Assembly: GCA_964016885.1 (NCBI GenBank)
Contig: OZ024741.1
Span: forward strand, 413,602,001-413,666,000
Source: Eledone cirrhosa
Taxonomy: Eukaryota
Direction of reading: 5' to 3'
DNA: 64,000 bases
Shown: positions 56,801 through 64,000 of the stretch, in pieces
How positions within the stretch are numbered: the stretch's first letter is position 1
Layout of the letters: every line of letters begins with the position of its first letter
Program-made: the position numbers and the translations under genes
Notes under the pieces: model-generated
Told to the model about the DNA's origin: nothing
The model's input: only the letters and a program-made list of their open reading frames with translations
Databases searched by the model: none

Positions 56801-59800
56801 CAGCTCTGATACTACAGACATGTGGTTAGAATGTCTCAGGAAAGAATCACTGGATTGAGAGATCACAGCTCTGATACTACAGACAAGTGGTTAGAATGTC
56901 GCAGGAAAGAATGTCTGGATTGAGAGATCACAGCTCTGATACTTCAGACATGTGGTTAGAATGTCTTAGGAAAGAATCTCCAAATTGAGAGATCACAGCT
57001 CTGATATTACAGGCATGTCCTGAGAAAGTCTCATGAAAGAATCACTGGATTGAGAGATCACAGCTCTCATGCTACAGACATGTGGTTAGAATGTCTCATG
57101 AAAGAATCACTGGATTGAGAGATCACAGCTCTGATACTATGGACATGTGGTTAGAATGTCTTAGGAAAGAATCTCTGAATTGAGAGATCACAGCTCTGAT
57201 ATTACAGGCATGTGGTTAGAATGTCTCATGAAAGAATCATTGGATTGAGAGATCACAGCTCTGATGCTACAGACATGTGGTTAGAATGTCTCATGAAAGA
57301 ATCACTGGATTGAGAGATCACAGCTCTGATGCTACAGACATGTGGTTAGAATATCTCATGAAAGAATCACTGGATTGAGAGATCACAGCTCTGATACTAC
57401 AGACATGTGGTCAGAAAGTCTCAGGAAAGAATCTCCAAATTGAGAGATCACAGCTCTGATACTACAGACATGTGGTTAGAATGTCTCAGGAAAGAATCAC
57501 TGGATTGAGAGATCACAGCTCTGATACTACAGACATGTGGTTAGAATGTCACAGGAAAGAATCTCTGGATTGAGAGATCACAGCTCTGATATTACCGATA
57601 TGTGGTTAGAACGTCTCAGGAAAGTATTTCTTGATTGATAGATCACAGTTCTGATACTATGGACATGTGGTTAGAATGTCTTAGGAAAGAATCTCCAGAT
57701 TGAGAGATCACAGCTCTGATATTACAGACATGTGTTTAGAATGTCTCAGGAAAGAATCTCTGAATTGAGAGATCACAGATCTGATACTATGGACATGTGG
57801 TTAGAATGTCTCAGGAAATGTTCTCCAAATTGAGAGATCACAGCTCTGATATTACAGGCATCTGTTTAGAATGTCTCATGAAAGAATCACTGGATTGAGA
57901 GATCACAGCTCTGATACTACAGACATGTGGTCAGAATGTCTCAGGAAAGAATCTCTGAATTGAGAGATCACAGCTCTGATACTATGGACATGTGGTTAGA
58001 ATGTCTCAAGAAAGAATCTCCAAATTGAGAGATCACAGCTCTGATACTACAGACATGTGGTTAGAATGTCTCAGGAAAGAATCACTGGATTGAGAGATCA
58101 TAGCTCTGATACTACAGACATGTGGTTAGAATGTCTTAGGAAAGAATCTCCAAGTTGAGAGATCACAGCTCTGATACTACAGACATGTGGTTAGAATGTC
58201 GCAGGAAAGAATCTCTGGATTGAGAGATCACAGCTCTGATATTACAGACATGTGGTTATAATGTCTCATGAAAGAATCACTGGATTGAGAGATCACAGCT
58301 ATGATACTATAGACATGTGGTTAGAATGTCTTAGGAAAGAATCTCCAAATTGAGAGATCACAGCTCTGATATTACAGGCATGTGGTTAGAATGTCTCATG
58401 AAAAAATCACTGGATTGAGAGATCACAGCTCTGATACTACAGACATGTGGTTAGAACGTCTCAGGAAAGAATCACTGGATTGAGAGATCACAGCTCTGAT
58501 ACTACAGACATGTGGTTAGAATGTCGCAGGAAAGAATGTCTGGATTGAGAGATCACAGCTCTGATATTACAGATGTGTGGTTAGAATGTCTCAGGAAAGA
58601 ATTTCTGGATTGAGAGATCACAGTTCTGATACTATGGACATGTGGTTAGAATGTCTCGGGAAAGAATCTCCAAATTGAGAGATCACAGCTCTGATACTAC
58701 AGACATGTGGTTAGAATGTCTCAGGAAAGAAATACTGGATTGAGAGATCACAGCTCTGATATTACAGACATGTGGTTATAATGTCTGATGAAAGAATCAC
58801 TGGATTGAGAGATCACAGCTCTGATATTACAGACATGGGGTTAGAATGCCTCAGGAAAGAATCTCTGGATTGAGAGATCACAGTTCTGATACTATGGACA
58901 TGTGGTTAGAATATCTCAGGAAAGAATCTCCAAATTGAGAGATCTCAGCTCTGATATTACAGGCATGTGGTTAGAATGTCTCATGAAAGAATCACTGGAT
59001 TGAGAGATCACAGCTCTGATACTACAGACATGTGGTTAGAATGTCTTAGGAAAGAATCTCCAAATTGAGAGATCACAGCTCTGATACTTCAGACATGTGG
59101 TAAGAATGTCTCAGGAAAGAATCTCTAAATTGACAGATCACAGCTCTGATACTACAGACATGTGGTTAGAATGTCTCAGGAAAGAATCTCTGAATTGAGA
59201 GATCACAGTTCTGATACTATGGACATGTGGTTAGAATGTCTCAGGAAATTTTCTCCAAATTGAGAGATCACAGCTCTGATATTACAGACATGTGGTTAGA
59301 AAGTCTCATGAAAGAATCTCTAAATTGAGAGATCACAGCTCTGATATTACAGACATGTGGTTATAATGTCTCATGAAAGAATCACTGGATTGAGAGATCA
59401 CAGCTCTGATACTACAGACATGTGGTTAGAATGTCGCAGGAAAGAATCTCTGGATTGAGAGATCACAGCTCTGATATTACAGACATGTGGTTATAATGTC
59501 TCATGAAAGAATCACTGGATTGAGAGATCACAGCTCTGATACTATGGACATGTGGTTAGAATGTCTTAGGAAAGAATCTCCAAATTGAGATATCACAGCT
59601 CTGATATTACAGGCATGTGGTTAGAATGTCTCATGAAAAAAATCACTGGATTGAGAGATCACAGCTCTGATACTACAGACATGTGGTTAGAACGTCTCAG
59701 GAAAGAATCACTGGATTGAGAGATCACAGCTCTGATACTACAGACATGTGGTTAGAATGTCGCAGGAAAGAATGTCTGGATTGAGAGATCACAGCTCTGA

Positions 59801-60000
59801 TATTACAGATGTGTGGTTAGAATGTCTCAGGAAAGAATTTCTGGATTGAGAGATCACAGTTCTGATACTATGGACATGTGGTTAGAATGTCTCAGGAAAG
59901 AATCTCCAAATTGAGAGATCACAGCTCTGATACTACAGACATGTGGTTAGAATGTCTCAGGAAAGAATCACTGGATTGAGAGATCACAGCTCTGATACTA
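50900..60000 (+). repeat. Duplicated block, 113-monomer offset (7345 bp; about 50.9-52.6 kb vs about 58.2-60.0 kb)
   Basis: The rare variants tcgggaaaga 51311/58656 and aaagaaatactgg 51381/58726 are 7345 bp apart, with matching flanking monomer order. Confidence 0.82.
53260..55200 (+). repeat. Tandem duplication, 15-monomer period (975 bp)
   Basis: cagcattgat 53421/54396, tgaggttaga 53831/54806, and ttgtgaga near 53995/54970. Confidence 0.9.
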
Positions 60001-63000
60001 CAGACATGTGGTTAGAATGTCACAGGAAAGAATCTCTGGATTGAGAGATCACAGCTCTGATATTACCGATATGTGGTTAGAACGTCTCAGGAAAGAATCT
60101 CTGGATTGAGAGATCACAGCTCTGATATTACAGACATGTGGTTATAATGTCTCATGAAAGAATCACTGGATTGAGAGATCACAGCTCTGATACTACAGAC
60201 ATGTGGTTAGAATGTCTCATGAAAGAATCACTGGATTGAGAGATCACAGCTCTGATACTATGGACATGTGGTTAGAATGTCTTAGGAAAGAATCTCTGAA
60301 TTGAGAGATCACAGCTCTGATATTACAGGCATGTGGTTAGAATGTCTCATGAAAGAATCATTGGATTGAGAGATCACAGCTCTGATGCTATAGACATGTG
60401 GTTAGAATGTCTCATGAAAGAATCACTGGATTGAGAGATCACAGCTCTGATGCTACAGACATGTGGTTAGAATGTCTCATGAAAGAATCACTGGATTGAG
60501 AGATCACAGCTCTGATACTACAGACATGTGGTCAGAATGTCTCAGGAAAGAATCTCCAAATTGAGAGATCACAGCTCTGATACTACAGACATGTGGTTAG
60601 AATGTCTCAGGAAAGAATCACTGGATTGAGAGATCACAGCTCTGATACTACAGACATGTGGTTAGAATGTCACAGGAAAGAATCTCTGGATTGAGAGATC
60701 ACAGCTCTGATATTACCGATATGTGGTTAGAACGTCTCAGGAAAGTATTTCTTGATTGATAGATCACAGTTCTGATACTATGGACATGTGGTTAGAATGT
60801 CTTAGGAAAGAATCTCCAGATTGAGAGATCACAGCTCTGATATTACAGACATGTGGTTAGAATGTCTCATGAAAGAATCACTGGATTGAGAGATCACAGC
60901 TCTGATACTACAGACATGTGGTTAGAATGTCTCAGGAAAGAATCTCTGGATTGAGAGATCACAGCTCTGATACTTCAGACATGTGGTTAGAATGTCTCAG
61001 GAAAGAATCTCCAAATTGAGAGATCACAGCTCTGATACTACAGACATGTGTTTAGAATGTCTCAGGAAAGAATCTCTGAATTGAGAGATCACAGATCTGA
61101 TACTATGGACATGTGGTTAGAATGTCTCAGGAAATGTTCTCCAAATTGAGAGATCACAGCTCTGATATTACAGGCATGTGGTTAGAATGTCTCATGAAAG
61201 AATCACTGGATTGAGAGATCACAGCTCTGATACTACAGACATGTGGTCAGAATGTCTCAGGAAAGAATCTCTGAATTGAGAGATCACAGCTCTGATACTA
61301 TGGACATGTGGTTAGAATGTCTCAAAAAAGAATCTCCAAATTGAGAGATCACAGCTCTGATACTACAGACATGTGGTTAGAATGTCTCAGGAAAGAATCA
61401 CTGGATTGAGAGATCACAGCTCTGATACTACAGACATGTGGTTAGAATGTCTTAGGAAAGAATCTCCAAGTTGAGAGATCACAGCTCTGATATTACAGAC
61501 ATGTGATTATAATGTCTGATGAAAGAATCATTGGATTGAGAGATCACAGCTCTGATACTACAGACATGTGGTTAGAATGTCTTAGGAAAGAATCTCCAAA
61601 TTGAGAGATCACAGCTCTGATACTTCAGACATGTGGTAAGAATGTCTCAGGAAAGAATCTCTAAATTGACAGATCACAGCTCTGATACTACAGACATGTG
61701 GTTAGAATGTCTCAGGAAAGAATCTCTGAATTGAGAGATCACAGTTCTGATACTATGGACATGTGGTTAGAACGTCTCAGGAAATTTTCTCCAAATTGAG
61801 AGATCACAGCTCTGATATTACAGACATGTGGTTAGAAAGTCTCATGAAAGAATCTCTAAATTGAGAGATCACAGCTCTGATATTACAGACATGTGGTTAT
61901 AATGTCTCATGAAAGAATCACTGGATTGAGAGATCACAGCTCTGATACTACAGACATGTGGTTAGAACGTCTCAGGAAAGAATCACTGGATTGAGAGATC
62001 ACAGCTCTGATACTACAGACATGTGGTTAGAATGTCGCAGGAAAGAATGTCTGGATTGAGAGATCACAGCTCTGATATTACAGATGTGTGGTTAGAATGT
62101 CTCAGGAAAGAATTTCTGGATTGAGAGATCACAGTTCTGATACTATGGACATGTGGTTAGAATATCTCAGGAAAGAATCTCCAAATTGAGACATCACAGC
62201 TCTGATACTACAGACATGTGGTTAGAATGTCTCAGGAAAGAATCACTGGATTGAGAGATCACAGCTCTGATATTACAGACATGTGGTTATAATGTCTCAT
62301 GAAAGAATCACTGGATTGAGAGATCACAGCTCTGATATTACAGACATGGGGTTAGAATGCCTCAGGAAAGAATCTCTGGATTGAGAGATCACAGTTCTGA
62401 TACTATGGACATGTGGTTAGAATATCTCAGGAAAGAATCTCCAAATTGAGAGATCTCAGCTCTGATATTACAGGCATGTGGTTAGAATGTCTCATGAAAG
62501 AATCACTGGATTGAGAGATCACAGCTCTGATACTACAGACATGTGGTTAGAATGTCTTAGGAAAGAATCTCCAAATTGAGAGATCACAGCTCTGATACTT
62601 CAGACATGTGGTAAGAATGTCTCAGGAAAGAATCTCTAAATTGACAGATCACAGCTCTGATACTACAGACATGTGGTTAGAATGTCTCAGGAAAGAATCT
62701 CTGAATTGAGAGATCACAGTTCTGATACTATGGACATGTGGTTAGAATGTCTCAGGAAATTTTCTCCAAATTGAGAGATCACAGCTCTGATATTACAGGC
62801 ATGTGGTTAGAATGTCTCATGAAAGAATCACTGGATTGAGAGATCACCGCTCTGATTCTACAGACATGTGGTTAGAATGTCTCATGAAAGAATCACTGGA
62901 TTGAGAGATCACAGCTCTGATGCTACAGACATGTGGTTAGAATGTCTCAGGAAAGAATCTCCAAATTGAGAGATCTCAGCTCTGATATTACAGGCATGTG

Positions 63001-64000
63001 GTTAGAATGTCTCATGAAAGAATCACTGGATTGAGAGATCACAGCTCTGATACTACAGACATTTGGTTAGAATGTCTTAGGAAATTTTCTCCAAATTGAG
63101 AGATCACAGCTCTGATATTACAGACATGGGGTTAGAATGCCTCAGGAAAGAATCTCTGGATTGAGAGATCACAGTTCTGATACTATGGACATGTGGTTAG
63201 AATGTCTCAGTAAAGAATCTTCAATTGAGAGATCACAGCTCTGATACTACAGACATGTGGTTAGAATGTCTCAGGAAAGAATCTCTTAATTGAGAGATCA
63301 CAGCTCTGATACTACAGACATCTGGTTAGAATATCTCAGGAAAGAATCACTGGATTGAGAGATGACAGCTCTGATACTACAGACATGTGGTTAGAATGTC
63401 CCAGGAAAGAATCTCTGAATTGAGAGATCACAGCTCTGATATTACAGACATGTGGTTAGAATGTCTCAGGAAAGAATTTCGGGATTGAGAGATCACAGCT
63501 CTGATACTACAGACATGTGGTTAGAATGTCTCAGGAAAGAATCTCCAAATTGAGAGATCACGGCTCTGATACTATGGACATGTGGTTAGAATGTCTCAGG
63601 AAAGAATCTCCATATTGAGAGATCACAGCTCTGATATTACAGGCATGCGGTTATAATGTCTCATGAAAGAATCACTGGATTGAGAGTTCACAGCTCTGAT
63701 ACTACAGACATGTGGTTAGAATGTCTCAGGAAAGAATCTCTGGATTGAGAGATCACAGCTCTTATACTATGGACATGTGGTTAGAATGTCTCAGGAAAGA
63801 ATCTCCAAATTGAGAGATCTCAGCTCTGATATTACAGGCATGTGGTTTGAATGTCTCATGAAAGAATCACTGGATTGAGAGATCACAGCTCTGATACTAC
63901 AGACATGTGGTTAGAACGTCCCAGGCAAGAATCTCTGAATTGGGAGATCACAGCTCTGATACTACAGACATGTGGTTAGAATGTCTCAGGAAAGAATCTC

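Larger units (their letters stand above)
47340..63435 (+). repeat. Dispersed duplicate of a block of about 9 monomers, 239-monomer offset (about 47340-47900 vs about 62875-63435)
   Basis: Both copies share the 1-bp deletion aatcttcaatt and the variants cagtaaag (47676/63211; 15535 = 239x65), gatctcagc (47441/62976), aatctcttaatt, catctgg, gatgacag and gtcccagg. Confidence 0.88.
1..64000 (+). repeat. 65-bp tandem satellite DNA array (about 985 monomers, one orientation, runs off both window edges)
   Basis: GACATG-type monomer starts recur every 65 bp (2, 67, 132, 197; 261..3121; 8848..47653 = exactly 597x65; 47717..59612 = 183x65). The core TTGAGAGATCACAG and CATGTGGTTA words are near-invariant. 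No non-repeat sequence and no inverted block were seen. Strand is assigned only relative to the consensus as written. Confidence 0.99.

Noticed and set aside
59636-59642. +1 A insertion in gaaaaaaatc
   Set aside because: It is a single-base gain in a homopolymer, seen in one copy only. It could be a sequencing or consensus error or trivial slippage, so it is counted as a phase shift but not treated as meaningful.
1-64000. CRISPR array (65-bp period with conserved and variable segments)
   Set aside because: The period is CRISPR-like, but there are no unique spacers. The variable parts are a few recurring point-variant alleles of one sequence, and there is no leader or cas gene.
1-64000. Tandem coding repeat (zinc-finger array, mucin-like VNTR) or tandem tRNA/5S/snRNA genes
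   Set aside because: The unit is not a multiple of 3 and stop codons recur, with no long ORF on either strand in the supplied track. No cloverleaf, Pol III box A/B, or recognisable structural RNA sequence was seen.
1-64000. CENP-B box
   Set aside because: The motif NTTCGNNNNANNCGGGN needs two CpGs. The consensus has none and I saw no matching variant.

Overview
The whole 64-kb window is one uninterrupted, single-orientation, head-to-tail satellite array with a 65-bp monomer (consensus about GACATGTGGTTAGAATGTCTCAGGAAAGAATCACTGGATTGAGAGATCACAGCTCTGATACTACA, about 41.5% GC, 985 monomer starts by phase counting). I found no genes, RNA genes, transposons or CRISPR arrays, and the two predicted ORFs are chance read-throughs of the repeat. 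The interest is in the array's internal architecture. (i) Monomer length is extremely conserved: only 7 indel events, and one 597-monomer stretch in perfect phase. (ii) Nested kilobase-scale duplications of variable size (15-, 26-, 31-, 37-, 62-, 74-, 110-, 113-, 239-monomer offsets) replace a single fixed higher-order repeat (HOR). (iii) The array is zoned into sub-lineages, with a more diverged left flank. (iv) Linked variants form a short-range grammar suggesting an older 2-4-mer unit. (v) TG/CA/CG polymorphism at three sites looks like methyl-CpG decay. (vi) The monomer is tiled with dyad symmetries and carries a RUNX/E-box-like word. It most resembles a eukaryotic (peri)centromeric or heterochromatic satellite. 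I cannot assign the species or family from the sequence alone.
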